Shown piece by piece: positions 20,455-31,550 of a stretch of DNA of 64,000 nucleotides. The notes beneath the pieces are model-generated. The model ran no database searches, was not told where the DNA came from, and worked only from the letters and a program-made list of their open reading frames with translations. This DNA comes from an uncultured Acidobacteriota bacterium (lineage in GTDB: Bacteria > Acidobacteriota > Terriglobia > Acidiferrales > UBA7541), in contig CAWFRX010000009.1 in the NCBI GenBank assembly GCA_963818345.1, forward strand, positions 3,130 through 67,129, written 5' to 3'. The translations under genes and the position numbers were made by a program. The first letter of the stretch is position 1; each line of letters begins with the position of its first letter.

Positions 20455-21566
20455 CTATTTCGCCCGCTTGTAGAAGGGCATGGGCACGATCTTGGCTTGC
20501 CCTTCGTTCGCGCGTATCGGCGATCTGAATTTCCGTGCCCTCCGCGCTCGATTCCGCCGGCACGTAGGCCATGCCGATGTTTTTCTTGAGAAACGGGGCG
20601 TGGGAGCCGCTGGTTACGCGGCCGGCCTCGCGTGCTGCCGATGCACACCGCGCAGCCGTCGCGGGCAATCAGCCGGTCCTGCATCTCGAAGCCGACCAGC
20701 ACGCGCCCCAAACCTCTTTGTCGCTGTGCCAGCAGCGCTTCGCGCCCGAGAAATTCGCCTTTGTTCATCTTGCAGATCCAGCCGAGCCGCGCTTCCCAGA
20801 CGGTGGTGGTGTTGTCGATCTCATGCCCGTAAAGGCACATCGAAGCTTCCAGGCGCAGCGTGTTCCGCGCACCCAGCCCGCAGGGCAGCAGCCCCTCGCC
20901 GCGCCCTGCGTCCAGCAGGTCATTCCATAGCTTTTCGGAGTGCTCGGGCGAAAAGTACAGCTCGAATCCGTCTTCGCCGGTGTAGCCGGTTCGGGCGATC
21001 AGGCAGGCGACTCCGTCCACCTCGCCGAACATAAAATGATAATACCTGAGCGACGCGATCGGCGCTTGCGTGAGGCGCTCGAGGATACCCAGCGCCAGCG
21101 GGCCCTGCAGGGCCAGTTGCGAATAGCGCGGCCCGGCATTCTCGAGTTCGGCGCCAAAGCGGTTGTGCTCGCGGATGTAGTCGAAGTCTTTGTCCTGGTT
21201 GCTGGCGTTGACGCACAGCAGGTAGTGGCTTTCGGAGATGCGGTGCACCAGCAGGTCGTCGACAAAGGTGCCTGCGGAAGTGAGCAGGCCGGAATATTGT
21301 GCTTGTCCGTCCACCAGCGCCGCGGCGTTGTTCGAGGTGACGTGCTGCACCAGCTCCAGCGCATGCGGCCCGCGCACCTCGAGCTCGCCCATGTGGCTCA
21401 CGTCAAACAGTCCGGCGGCGGTTCGCGTTGCCAAGTGCTCGCGGATGATGCCGGAATACTCGACGGGCATGTCCCAGCCGCCAAAATCGACCATTTTGGC
21501 GCCGAGCCGGCGATGAACCGAATGCAGCGCGGTCTTACGAAGCTGCGTCGTCGTGGGAGCGGTCAC
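20455..21566 (-). pseudogene. gcvT: Glycine cleavage aminomethyltransferase (T protein), one frameshift near 20640
   Basis: [84 protein letters not shown] | ..[23 protein letters not shown] start. Confidence 0.9.
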
Positions 21567-21599
21567 GAATATTTTCTCTGTGAGACTGGCGAGAAATTG

Positions 21600-21667
21600 A
21601 AACTAGCACGCGCTGCGGAAAAGTGTCAAGAAAGCCCCGGTATATCGTGACCCGGTATATCGTTGAC
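21600..21667 (-). promoter_or_regulatory. Putative gcv promoter with a tandem direct repeat immediately upstream
   Basis: On the minus strand: TTGACA (21624-21629), a 17-18 nt spacer, then CTAGTT/TAGTTT (21600-21606). Upstream lie GTCAACGATATACCGG and GTCACGATATACCGG (plus-strand coordinates 21652-21667 and 21637-21651). Confidence 0.3.
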
Positions 21668-21691
21668 TGGCTTATCGTCGGAGTCCGGATT

Positions 21692-24538
21692 TCAGAAGTC
21701 GTAGCGGACCTCGACACGGATGTTGCGCGGCGGCTGAACCGCGACCGGCAACCTTTGAAAAAAGCTCGGGCCGGTAAGGTCGTTCTCTTGCAGGCTGGCG
21801 GCGGAGTCGAGCACGTTCAGGATGTCCAGTGTTCCGGTAAGCTTTCCAACGGGGACATGGAAATCGCGGCGCAACCGAAGATTCCAGTTCACCACGAAAT
21901 CAGCGCGATATCCGCCCTGCGGGCTCCACCCGCGCCGCGTCGCTTGGACCAGGAACGGTCCTTGCGGCAACCCGGTCACCAGCAGTTCGCGCCCAAACGC
22001 CAGGCCATCGAGGTAGTCGAGCGTGCTGTCCAGCTCGATCCCGCTCCACGCGGCCGGCAAGCGATAGGTCACCTGTGTCTTCGCCTCCCAGGCCCGATCG
22101 AGGAAGCTGCGCCCGGTGGCGTGCTGGGTGGTGTTTGGGTCCATGAGCAGCGATCCGACGATGCCTGGATCATTTGCGAAAACTGAATTTCCAGGATTGG
22201 TAGGGCCGAGGGATTCTTCGGGGATGAGCGAGCCATGAAACGTCACCGCGTGCCACTGCTTGCTCATCTCCACCAGCACGCCTTCGTTGAGCAGTGCTAG
22301 CCCTGCCGGATTCGTCAGCAAGTAACGATCCTGGCCAAATGTGGCGGGGTTTTGCGAGTAGACCGCGATAGGGGTTGGGCCGAGGTTGTTTTCCGGATCG
22401 ATCACGCTGACGGGAGTGAATGCCCCGAACGGAACGCCCGTATCGATGGCAGCCAATCGGTCGTTCTCATAACGTCGATAAAGAAGTACGGTGGCTTTGC
22501 CCCAGCGCGCCAGAGAAATTTCCGCGCCGATGTCAATTTGGTTCGAGTAGGGCCTCTTCAGTGACGGCGAGATCGAGGAATAAGGTCCGCCAAAACGTAG
22601 GAGCAAAGCTCCTTGCTCCCCAGGCTCGAACGACGCCGTGTCACCGGGATTGGTCCACTGGTATTGGCTGCCTCCAAGACTATTCGGGTTTCCGAAGTCG
22701 AGGTACCTGCCCGCAAGCGGCGCATCCAGCTGAAAAAAACCGCCGCGAACGAGCAGGCCGTGAGCGTGAGGCACTACCCAAGCGAATGCGGCCCGCGGCG
22801 AAATGCTGTTCCACGAGATCAGGTCCGGCTGTGCGGGAAAGGTCCGCGCCGGGACAAAGCCTCCGGCAGGGCTCGATTGCGCCGGGAGAGAGCCGCGTGA
22901 GAAGTTGGCGAAGGCGCCCAGGTCGACGGTCAGGTGATGCGTGAACGTCACGCGATCGGTGACGTATACGGAAGACGATCTCACGAGTTCCCGAGTGACC
23001 AGCGGAGTATTAAATTCCACGACGAACGCGGCCGAGCCGCTCTCCGTGACTAAATTCACGTCCAAAGGTGTGGTCACGCGATCGGTTGGCGACGAGCTTT
23101 CAAAGCCCGCGCCGACGGTAATCTGATGGCGAGTGGACCGAATCGATAGAGGAGCAAACATCCACGCGCCCTCCACCTCCTGCCGCGCCCGCGTGGCAAG
23201 GTCAGAGATCGGTGGCGCTCCGGTTACCATTCCGCCGAGAAGCTCGGTGCTGCTTTGCTGCTGTGCGCCGTTCGGCTCAATGGGCGCTGTGTCCAGATGG
23301 ACCATCGAGTAACCGTAACGCACCTGGACGAGGCCAAGATTTGGCGCCGACGCAAACTGGTGCGTCCATCCCGCTTGCAAATAATTGAACTGGTCCGCCT
23401 CGGCTTCATTCTGGAATCCGCCGGGCAGCACCAGCGACGGAGCCATGCGCCGGCTCATCAAGTCCACCATGTCCGCGGGAATCCCGCCCTCCGAGAGGCT
23501 GACCCGAGAGCCGCTATACAGAAGATCGAGCTGATCGTTGGCGCTGACGCGGATGCGGCTTCGCAGATCCCCGAAGAGCATATGGCTGCCCTGGTTCGTT
23601 CCAATGCTCGCGAGCGGGACTGTTTGTAGCGCCCACTGGCCGGCAACCGAAGCAAACAGGTCCGCCCATTTTGTGATCGGCCCACCCGTTTCGAACGTGT
23701 CGCGCGTGAACCAGATGAATTCGTCCGGCTGCTGCACGATGCCGGTCTTGTTAGGGGGCGGTAAATTTCCCGACGTGAGCAGGGAACCGGTGTCTGCGCT
23801 CGAAACCTCGCCATGCCAGGACGGACTTGCTTCCGCTGAAAATAAGCCGAATTCGGCTCCGGCGCTTCCGGAGCCGACCTGCCCGAAGCCGCCGCGCGTC
23901 AAAACGTCGCTCTGGGCTTCGGGATTGGGCAGGATCGCGGTCTCTCCCGTTTGGTAAGAATCCGTCGCATCCATTCCGTTGAGCTTGTATTGCGTGTCGG
24001 TCCAGGCGAGCGCGCCGCGTGAGACCAGGGCCAGGCGATTGTCCGAGAGCCCATTGAAGTCCAACGGCTGGGTATCGCTGCCGGGTTCCCGATTGATCAG
24101 AGCGCTCGCCAGGCTGAAGCCTTCCGGGTAAACGCGCCCGCGCGTCGTGTCCGACGACGAACCCGGGACTGCCTGTGCTGCTTGCGCGACCAACTCAAAT
24201 GCGCCCGACGCGCCCACCTTTAGATCAACGCGCGTAATCTGCAGGGGCGCGACATAAACCTCCACACCCGTGGATTCGGGATCGTGCTGGCCTTCCGCCG
24301 ACAGCCGGTATTGCCCGTACGGCGCCACCAGGACAAATTCTCCGCTCGCGTTCGTCCGCAGCGTGGAGCGGAAGCCGGCGCCGCCGGTGACCAGAATCGT
24401 CGCACCTTCCAAGGGTTGTCCGTCGGAATCTCGCAGCGAGCCTTCTGCCGTACCCGCAGTCACCTGCGCCGGCAAGATGCGCGGAGCCAAAAGGAGGCTA
24501 AGCAGGAGCAAAACGACTCCAAATCGTCCGCCAATCAT
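21692..24538 (-). CDS. TonB-dependent-receptor-like outer membrane protein with an N-terminal carboxypeptidase-regulatory-like domain
   Basis: Intact 948 aa. Signal peptide, then GSLRDSDGQPLEGATILVTGGAGFRSTLRTNASGEFVLVAPYGQYRL. Long beta-rich body. Terminal ..RNIRVEVRYDF with an aromatic last residue. Confidence 0.7.
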   Translation of the reverse strand: MIGGRFGVVLLLLSLLLAPRILPAQVTAGTAEGSLRDSDGQPLEGATILVTGGAGFRSTLRTNASGEFVLVAPYGQYRLSAEGQHDPESTGVEVYVAPLQITRVDLKVGASGAFELVAQAAQAVPGSSSDTTRGRVYPEGFSLASALINREPGSDTQPLDFNGLSDNRLALVSRGALAWTDTQYKLNGMDATDSYQTGETAILPNPEAQSDVLTRGGFGQVGSGSAGAEFGLFSAEASPSWHGEVSSADTGSLLTSGNLPPPNKTGIVQQPDEFIWFTRDTFETGGPITKWADLFASVAGQWALQTVPLASIGTNQGSHMLFGDLRSRIRVSANDQLDLLYSGSRVSLSEGGIPADMVDLMSRRMAPSLVLPGGFQNEAEADQFNYLQAGWTHQFASAPNLGLVQVRYGYSMVHLDTAPIEPNGAQQQSSTELLGGMVTGAPPISDLATRARQEVEGAWMFAPLSIRSTRHQITVGAGFESSSPTDRVTTPLDVNLVTESGSAAFVVEFNTPLVTRELVRSSSVYVTDRVTFTHHLTVDLGAFANFSRGSLPAQSSPAGGFVPARTFPAQPDLISWNSISPRAAFAWVVPHAHGLLVRGGFFQLDAPLAGRYLDFGNPNSLGGSQYQWTNPGDTASFEPGEQGALLLRFGGPYSSISPSLKRPYSNQIDIGAEISLARWGKATVLLYRRYENDRLAAIDTGVPFGAFTPVSVIDPENNLGPTPIAVYSQNPATFGQDRYLLTNPAGLALLNEGVLVEMSKQWHAVTFHGSLIPEESLGPTNPGNSVFANDPGIVGSLLMDPNTTQHATGRSFLDRAWEAKTQVTYRLPAAWSGIELDSTLDYLDGLAFGRELLVTGLPQGPFLVQATRRGWSPQGGYRADFVVNWNLRLRRDFHVPVGKLTGTLDILNVLDSAASLQENDLTGPSFFQRLPVAVQPPRNIRVEVRYDF

Positions 24539-24670
24539 CGGTGCATGTGCCAGACGGCTCCCTTCCGTGAAAACGTTTGATGCTACAGGGGGGGAATTAG
24601 AGCGGAATTATGAAAACTTTTACGATGGGAAGCCCTGTTTTCTTCTACGACTCGAAGCGCGGGTTGCATC

Positions 24671-24699
24671 TTGCTACGGCTCGGAACGGCCTTTATAGT
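24671..24699 (+). promoter_or_regulatory. Sigma70-like promoter placing the transcription start at or next to the ATG of the Cys-rich ORF (leaderless)
   Basis: TTGCTA (24671-24676), 17-nt spacer, TATAGT (24694-24699). The ATG is at 24708, with no Shine-Dalgarno sequence in between. Confidence 0.35.
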
Positions 24700-24707
24700 C
24701 GCAACAA

Positions 24708-24917
24708 ATGCCAACCGTGGTCTGCTCCATGTGCGACAAGACCGAGCAGCACTGTCAATGCGATCGCTACTGCTGTATTTGCATGGGGCAGGATGGCGTA
24801 CATCTCTGCATGGATGGACTGTATTACTGCCCAGCGTGCCGGGACGCCTGCGAAGTCAGCCTTGCGAACCCTGGCGAGGGGCCGCATATCTCTTCACCCG
24901 ACTCGCTGCAGTCCTGA
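24708..24917 (+). CDS. Small Cys-rich protein (69 aa, 11 Cys)
   Basis: MPTVVCSMCDKTEQHCQCDRYCCICMGQDGVHLCMDGLYYCPACRDACEVS.. contains two CxxC pairs. It is the only plus-strand gene between two minus-strand genes. Confidence 0.45.
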   Translation: MPTVVCSMCDKTEQHCQCDRYCCICMGQDGVHLCMDGLYYCPACRDACEVSLANPGEGPHISSPDSLQS

Positions 24918-24938
24918 CTGCTGGGGCATGCTGCCTGA

Positions 24939-25931
24939 CTACTGCGGCATGCTAAAGGTGTTGTGTTTGATCAGCCCCATCACCTGGTCGTTGCTTACCG
25001 CGAAGCTCATCACCAGCCTGTCGCCGGAGGGCAGGACGCTGGCTTGATCGAGCATGGAAGCCAGGTCGGGATTGGAGCTGGCCACCTGATACCGCTGGAA
25101 GAGAATTCCCGCCTGCATCAACGCTGCAAACGTATTGGCATCGTCGGGGTTGCCGCAGACGGCCTCGAAGTGCACTTGAAGGTCGCTGCTACCGGTGAAT
25201 TCGATCGTGAGCGCGCGCAGTTTCGCTGCTAATTGTTGTGCCTGGGGGAATTGCTGGACCTGCGGCAGAAGTTGTTGCATCGCGAGACGCGTATAGGGCG
25301 CGTCCAGCACCGCCCAAAACATGCCGCTGCCGTTTGCCTGCAGGATCAGCGGCGAAAGATCCGGGTTACTGAGCAAGCCTTCCTCATCGCCGTTGCGCAC
25401 GGCAATCAGTCTTTCGAGCTGTTGGCGCTGGCCGAACGCCGCCGTGCTGGCGTCAATAAATACAAAGAATAAATCGGTTGGGCCCGTGCCGCCGCCGAAC
25501 GCATAGAGCGAAAAATTGCGCACCTTCACCAGCGGCAGTTTCTTGGCGGTGAAGTACGCTTCCGCCGAATCGGGTTGGTAGCTTCCGAGCGCCACTCCGA
25601 CCACTTCCTCGTCGGTTGGCATAGAGTTCGCTGTGTTGGCTGAGCCTGAAGGCACCAGCGCCCAGGCCAACTCTTCCACCTGCGAGTTCGGGTCCACGCC
25701 AGCCGCGGTGAGTACCTGCTCGAACTGCCGGAAACGCGCGGGCAGCATTTGCTGCTTGAGTTGTGGGAACCAGCTGAGCGAGCGGGCCTGCTTCAGGTCG
25801 GCGTAAGCAAACTCGCCGACGTTTTTCGGAAACATGCCAATCACATCGGTGCTGAGCGAGCTGGCGTGCGCCAATGAGGGCAAAATACACGCCATCGCCA
25901 GCGCGGCCGTGCCAATCAGGTATCGTTTCAT
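24939..25931 (-). CDS. Secreted hypothetical protein
   Basis: MKRYLIGTAALAMACILPSLAHA is a signal peptide. Intact frame. No family recognised. Confidence 0.5.
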   Translation of the reverse strand: MKRYLIGTAALAMACILPSLAHASSLSTDVIGMFPKNVGEFAYADLKQARSLSWFPQLKQQMLPARFRQFEQVLTAAGVDPNSQVEELAWALVPSGSANTANSMPTDEEVVGVALGSYQPDSAEAYFTAKKLPLVKVRNFSLYAFGGGTGPTDLFFVFIDASTAAFGQRQQLERLIAVRNGDEEGLLSNPDLSPLILQANGSGMFWAVLDAPYTRLAMQQLLPQVQQFPQAQQLAAKLRALTIEFTGSSDLQVHFEAVCGNPDDANTFAALMQAGILFQRYQVASSNPDLASMLDQASVLPSGDRLVMSFAVSNDQVMGLIKHNTFSMPQ

Positions 25932-25977
25932 AGCTCGTCTCTCCAATTTCCTTTTCCTATCTCAACTGGGGTCTATC

Positions 25978-26943
25978 TCAACTGGCGCTCGGGCGAGCGG
26001 CGCGCGTGACGGGCGAGTTTCCCAGCGCGCTTTCCCCGAAGGCGGTAGCGATCCGGTGCTCCAAAATCTGTTCCCGCGAAAAGGAATCAAGCTGAAAGAA
26101 ATAGTCCGCGGTCACGTCGAGCGCGCGTTTCGGCACCAGGCCGACGATTTCGCTCCCCTCGATGGCGCAAACGTGGCGTTCGGCTTCCCGTCGCACGGCG
26201 TCGAACACTCGCTGGATCGAGGTCACCTCGAAATCGGTCAGATTCATCGAGACCTGTGCGAGCCCGCGAGAGCGAACGGCCACGCCGATCGCCTTCACCG
26301 CTGGTAGGCCGCCGCTGGACTCGCGGATGGCGCGCGCAATCTGCTTGGCGATCGAAACATCCGTTGTGCTCAGGGTGATGTTATAGGCGATCAGCAACTT
26401 CCTCGCGCTCACGGCGATGGCGCCGGCTGTCGGATGCAGCCGCGCGGCGCCCACGTCAGGAGCGCGATCGGGGTCGCTCAGCACTTGCCTCGCGCAGCGC
26501 CTCGAACTGTCCCCGGCGAACATTTTCGAGTTTCGCGCGCGCCGGCCGGGTCGCCGCGTTCTCGTAGAAATAGACGGGAATCTGGTAGCGCTTCCAGATT
26601 TCTGCGCCCACGCGCCGCGCCAGAGCCACACACTCGTCCATGGTGACGCCTTGCAGCGGCACGAACGGCAGCACGTCCGTCGCGCCGATGCGCGGATGCT
26701 CGCCGCGATGCGGATTGAGGTCGATGAGCTCCGTGGCCTTGGCGACGGCGGCCAGCGCCGCTTCCGCGACCGCTTCGGGCTCGCCCGCGAACGTCACCAC
26801 GCTCCGGTTGTGGTCCGGGTCGCTGTGGCAATCCAGCACCTCGCGCGCCTGTGAACGCCATCCACCGCCGCGACTAGCGCGGCGATTCGCGCCAAGTCGC
26901 GACCCTCGGAGAAATTCGGCACGCACTCGATCAAGCGCTTCAT
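25978..26943 (-). pseudogene. ftcD: Glutamate formimidoyltransferase, about 2 frameshifts
   Basis: MKRLIECVPNFSEGRD.. | VLDCHSDPDHNRSVVTFAG..LIDLNPHRGEHPRIGATDVLPFVPL..ARRVG..IPVYFYE | ..IAVSARKLLIAYNI..IRESSGGLPAVKAIG..VSMNLTDF. Confidence 0.8.
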
Positions 26944-27161
26944 GGAAATTTGCGGGAACCCCCTGGGGTGTCGCGCCGCTCGCGTGAAAACGGGATCGAG
27001 CTGACGGTCCACCCTCGCCAGCAGGCGGCATGCGCCCCAATTTTACGTGATTCCAGTCTCTTCCGGCCATAAAAGCAGAAACGAATCGCCCTGCCTGCCA
27101 ACTCATCCGCTGTCTGACGGGTGCTTTGTATGATGCGACGCAGGCTCTTTTGCGCTGTGCG

Positions 27162-28782
27162 TCACGAACTAGGGATTTTGCCGGACGCCTGGCGCGCAGT
27201 ATCCGTTACACCAGTACTGCCCGCATCGGCCGAGCAAGCGTCCATCTCGCCCGAGTCATCGGTTAGCACGCGCTCGATTCTTCGCGCCATGTCCGCGGTT
27301 CCGTCGGCTACGACGGCGTACGCCAAGAGCCGCGAGTCAGCATTCCGGCGGCCTTGCTCCTGAACTTCTACCCACGAAGCGACGCTTGCACTAGCGCCCT
27401 GCGTCCGGCGCAAGCGTTCCAGGAGTGCTTCCACCGCCGACGACGTTGGCGCGGCGTCTGAGCCCTCGTCTGCTTCCATCGTCCCTGCTTCGTGCGACGT
27501 TTGCGTTCCGCCGCCAAAATCGCCTCCGCCGATCACCATTGGCGCTTTGAGCGCCCCTTGCGCCACCAGCTCGTTGAGCGCCAAGCCAAACTTGGCCCGC
27601 AGCGCCTTATCCACCCAGCATACGCGCGCGGGCAGGCCTTGGAATTGCACATGTTTGCCCGCCAGCCGGATCCACCGAGCGGCGGCTTCGTCGCCCGAGA
27701 ATATCTCCAGCGCCAGCCGGTCGGCGCGCGCGATGTCGCCAGGTTCGCCGGAAAGCGCCACCCACAGCAGCAGCTGCGGCCCGCGGATAAGCAGCGGTCG
27801 GGATCGAACTCGGCGCGCAAAATCCGTGCCAAAGCCGAAAGGCGAGCGAGCCGAGCCGCTTCAGCTCCAGGATGCCTCGGACCTGCGCCGCCATCGAATC
27901 CTGCGCCCTTTGGCGATAGCTCTGCGGATCGGCACTCCACAACTCGCGCGCTTGCTCGGCGCGTGAGCCCGCCAGGCCCGCTGTAGCCCGCTAGGAATAT
28001 AGCCGCCGCACGAGCCGTCTGCCGGAGTCTGGTCGGTGAGCAGGTCGGGCACGATGCCTCTGCTGGCGAGTTCGGGAATCACCTGCGCGCAATTGCCGAT
28101 CAGCCCGACGGAGGCGGGCTCGCGCTTGCGCACGCTGTTCTTCAGAATGCGCAGCGCCTCGTCGAGGTCATTGACCATGGCCTCGCAGTAGCCGGTCTTC
28201 ACGCGCCGCTTGATCTGTTCCGGGTCCGCGTCGATGCCCAGGAACGCCGCGCCGTTCAGCGTGGCCGCCAGCGGCTGCGCGCCGCCCGTCGCGCCCATGC
28301 CGCACGCCACCACCAACCGTCCCGCTAGCGTGCCGCCAAAATGTTTTCGCGCCGCTGCTGCGAAAGCCTCGTACGCCGTCGGCAGGCCGGTCTGCGTGCC
28401 CACGTAAAGCCAGTTCGCCGGCGCCGCTTCGCTGGGGTTGGCGACGCCGTTCGTCGTGATCACCACGCGCGGCGCCTCCGCCCGCGTGCGAAACACGACA
28501 GCCGGCTGGCCCGCGCGCACCAGCAACGTCTGATCGCTTTCGAGTTCGCGCAGTGCAGCGAGCGTCGCGCGGAAGCGGTCCCCGTCGCGCGCGGCATTTC
28601 CCGCGCCAGTGCTCGCGCGCAGCGATGGGTGCCTCTGGCCGCTCCGCCACATCCGGGTCGGCGCAGTTCATCAGCATCCGCAACGCCGCCTCTTGCTCCC
28701 AGCCCTTGCACGACAGTGCGGTTCCTCGCGGCGCGTGCACAATCCCGCCAGCGAGCGTCCCTCCTGCGCCTCGATTGGTCAT
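27162..28782 (-). pseudogene. hutU: Urocanate hydratase family protein, at least 3 frameshifts
   Basis: [34 protein letters not shown] | [80 protein letters not shown] | ..GLPARVCWV...APMVIG. It is more divergent than canonical HutU. Confidence 0.7.
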
Positions 28783-28961
28783 CGGTGCGTCATCGCTCGC
28801 GCCATCCTAATCCATGCGCCTCGCGTGCATCTTGACGCACGTGCCCGAGTGCCATCTCCGCGCTACCGCGCGTCGCGCACGCGCCTGTCCGGCTTCGCCA
28901 TTCGCACCGAGTGCCATTGCCTCGTTCCGTACGCTGCTGCTAAAGTTTCGCTCCGACGCCG

Positions 28962-30770
28962 ATGGAATATCCCACACTCCCCGAACGCCTGATCGACGCC
29001 ATGGATCCGCTCACCCGACGCGCGCGCGCAAATTCACAAGGTCGGCGATCAGCTGGAAGGACATTCCCGCGCGCGAAATGCTTCGCCGCATTGCGGGTCT
29101 TTCGCATGCCTTCGCCGAAATGGGCGTTCGCGAGGGAGACCGCGTGGCCGTCTTCGCGCCCAATTGCCCGGAATGGCACGTCGCCGATTTCGCCATCACC
29201 GGCCTGGGCGCCGTCGTCGTGCCGATCTATTTTCGCGAATCGCCTGAACGCATCGCCTACATCATCGGCCATTCCGAAGCCAAGATCGTATTTGTTGCCG
29301 GCGTCGGAGCAAGTCGCGCGGCTGCATGGCCATGCGCTCGCGAACTGCCCACCGTCGAGCGCATCATCGTTGCCGGCGGCGCCGCGGGCGCCGGCCCGAC
29401 GATACGCTGCAGTACGAGACGCTGATCGCTTCCGCGAACAAGCCGAAGTCGGCACCTATCGCCGCGGCATCGCCAAGCTGCGCTCCGCGCAGCTTGCTTC
29501 CATCATCTACACCTCCGGCACTACCGGCGAGCCCAAGGGCGTGATGCTTTCGCACGCCAATTTCGTCTCCAACGAAATGGCCTCCTTCCAAAACCTGGCC
29601 TACGGCCCGGACGATCTGGCCTTGTCTTTTCTTCCGCTCGTCGCACGTCTACGAGCGTCTCACCGACTATTGCTACCTGTTTCGCGGCATTCCGGTCGCC
29701 TACGTCGCCCGGCCGGACGATGTTGCGCGCGCGCTCGTGGAAGTCCGCCCGACCTTGCCGCCGCCGTGCCGCGCTTCTTCGAAAAGCTCTACGCCACGGT
29801 CATGGAGCGCGGCGCGCAGGCCACCGGCCTGCGCCGTCACTTGTTCGATTGGGCCGTGCGCACCGCGCGCCGCGCGATTCCGTGGCGCGCCTACGGCCGC
29901 CCGGTCTCGCCGCTCGTCAAGCTGCAATGGGAGCTGGCCGACCGCCTCGTCTACAAGAAATTTCGCGCCGGAGTCGGCGGCCGCATCCGCCTGTTCATTT
30001 CCGGCGGCGCGCCGCTGGCGACCGAACTCGCCGAATTTTTCACCACCGTGGGTCTGACGATCTCGCAGGGCTACGGGCTGACCGAAACTTCGCCCGTAGT
30101 CAGCAACAACATCGTCGCCCCCAACCACATCGGCACCGTCGGCCACCCCATTGCAGCGACGTCGAAGTGCGCATCGCCGACGATGGCGAAATTCTCGTCC
30201 GCGGGCCCTGCGTCATGATGGGTTACTACAACAGGCCCGAGGAAACCCGCGAGGTCATTTCGCCCGACGGTTGGTTCGCCACCGGCGATATCGGCCGCCT
30301 CGACAAAGACGGCTACCTCATCATCACCGATCGGAAGAAGGAGCTGCTCAAGACGGCTGGCGGCAAGCTCGTTGCGCCCGCGCCGATTGAAAATGCGCTC
30401 AAGACCAGCGCCTATATTCAGAATGCCGCGCTGGTCGGCGACAAGCGCCGCTTCATCGCCGCTCTCATCGTGCCGAATTTTACCGCCATCGAAGCGCGCG
30501 CCCGGCAAGAGGGCGTGACGTTTTCCTCGCGCGCCGACCTGCTCGCCCATCCCTGGGTGCACCAGCTCATCGAATCCGAAGTCGCGCGTCTCACCGCCAA
30601 CCTCGCCCAGTACGAAACCATCAAGCGCTTCGCTTTGATCGAGCGCGATTTTACCTTCGATAGCGGCGAACTCACCTACACGCTCAAGCTCAAGCGCCGC
30701 GTCATCGAGCAGCGAATACGCCGATGCCATCGAGCAGCTCTACGCCGAACCTTCTCCCGCTCGCCCCTAG
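28962..30770 (+). pseudogene. Long-chain acyl-CoA ligase (AMP-forming), at least 5 frameshifts
   Basis: GDRVAVFAPNCPEWHVADFAITGLGAVVVPIY; AMP motif IIYTSGTTGEPKGVMLSHANF; QGYGLTETSPVV; WFATGDIGRLDKDGYLIITDRKKELLKTAGGKLVAP. The end ..YADAIEQLYAEPSPARP* was found by manual shift. Confidence 0.85.
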
Positions 30771-30915
30771 CGATTTTTCTGGAAGTGCGCAGCGCGACCC
30801 TATGGGGCATAGGGATTGCCGTGGGGGGCAAATTGCGTTGTCTCCCGGACGAGAACAGGTGTATCGTGAACTGAACCTTGCGATTCAAATCGAAAAATGT
30901 AGTGGGAGGTCTCGA

Positions 30916-31464
30916 ATGAAACCCTTTGCCCTGATGGTTCTCGGAGTGCTTGCAGTTTCGACCAGCGTGTTCGCTCAGGCGCCGCAGGACGCCATCGACA
31001 AGGCCGTGCTCGCCGCCCCGGCCAATCTTCGCGACGGTGCGACCGTCATCAAGTGGAATGCCGACTTCACCTACACGACGTTGCGAAAGGGCACCAACCG
31101 CATCGTCTGCTACGACCTTTCGGGAATGCCGGAACAGCCCGCCTACATGGTCGAATGCAGCAGCCTCAGCAACCTCGACCGCGTCGCGCAAAATCTGAAG
31201 TTCCAGGCCGTTGGCGATAAGGCCAAGACGCAGGCCATGCTGGATGCCGCCGAAAAAGACGGATCGCGCGTGAAGCCTGAATACGGTTCGGTCTGGTATC
31301 ACATGATGGGGCCTGACAAGGATCACATTCGAACGCACATGACCATCGCCGTTCCCGGCGCCACGACGCAGACCACTGGACTTCCCGACAACCCGAAAGA
31401 CGGCGGCGTGTGGATCATGAACGCCGGCACCACCACCGCGCACCTGATGACGCCAGGCGAATAG
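30916..31464 (+). CDS. Secreted hypothetical protein
   Basis: MKPFALMVLGVLAVSTSVFAQA is a signal peptide. Intact 182 aa. Confidence 0.5.
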   Translation: MKPFALMVLGVLAVSTSVFAQAPQDAIDKAVLAAPANLRDGATVIKWNADFTYTTLRKGTNRIVCYDLSGMPEQPAYMVECSSLSNLDRVAQNLKFQAVGDKAKTQAMLDAAEKDGSRVKPEYGSVWYHMMGPDKDHIRTHMTIAVPGATTQTTGLPDNPKDGGVWIMNAGTTTAHLMTPGE

Positions 31465-31550
31465 CGGATTTGCCCGTGGCTGGGTTCGCGCGCGGGCTCT
31501 GGTTCGCGCGTGGTCTCTGCGCAGAGCCGGGCGTTGCACGAGTCTCGACC

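Noticed and set aside
21567-21691. Glycine riboswitch upstream of gcvT
   Set aside because: The leader is only about 125 nt. It lacks the conserved GGAGAG / CACCGAAGGGGCAA-type cores in either aptamer position.
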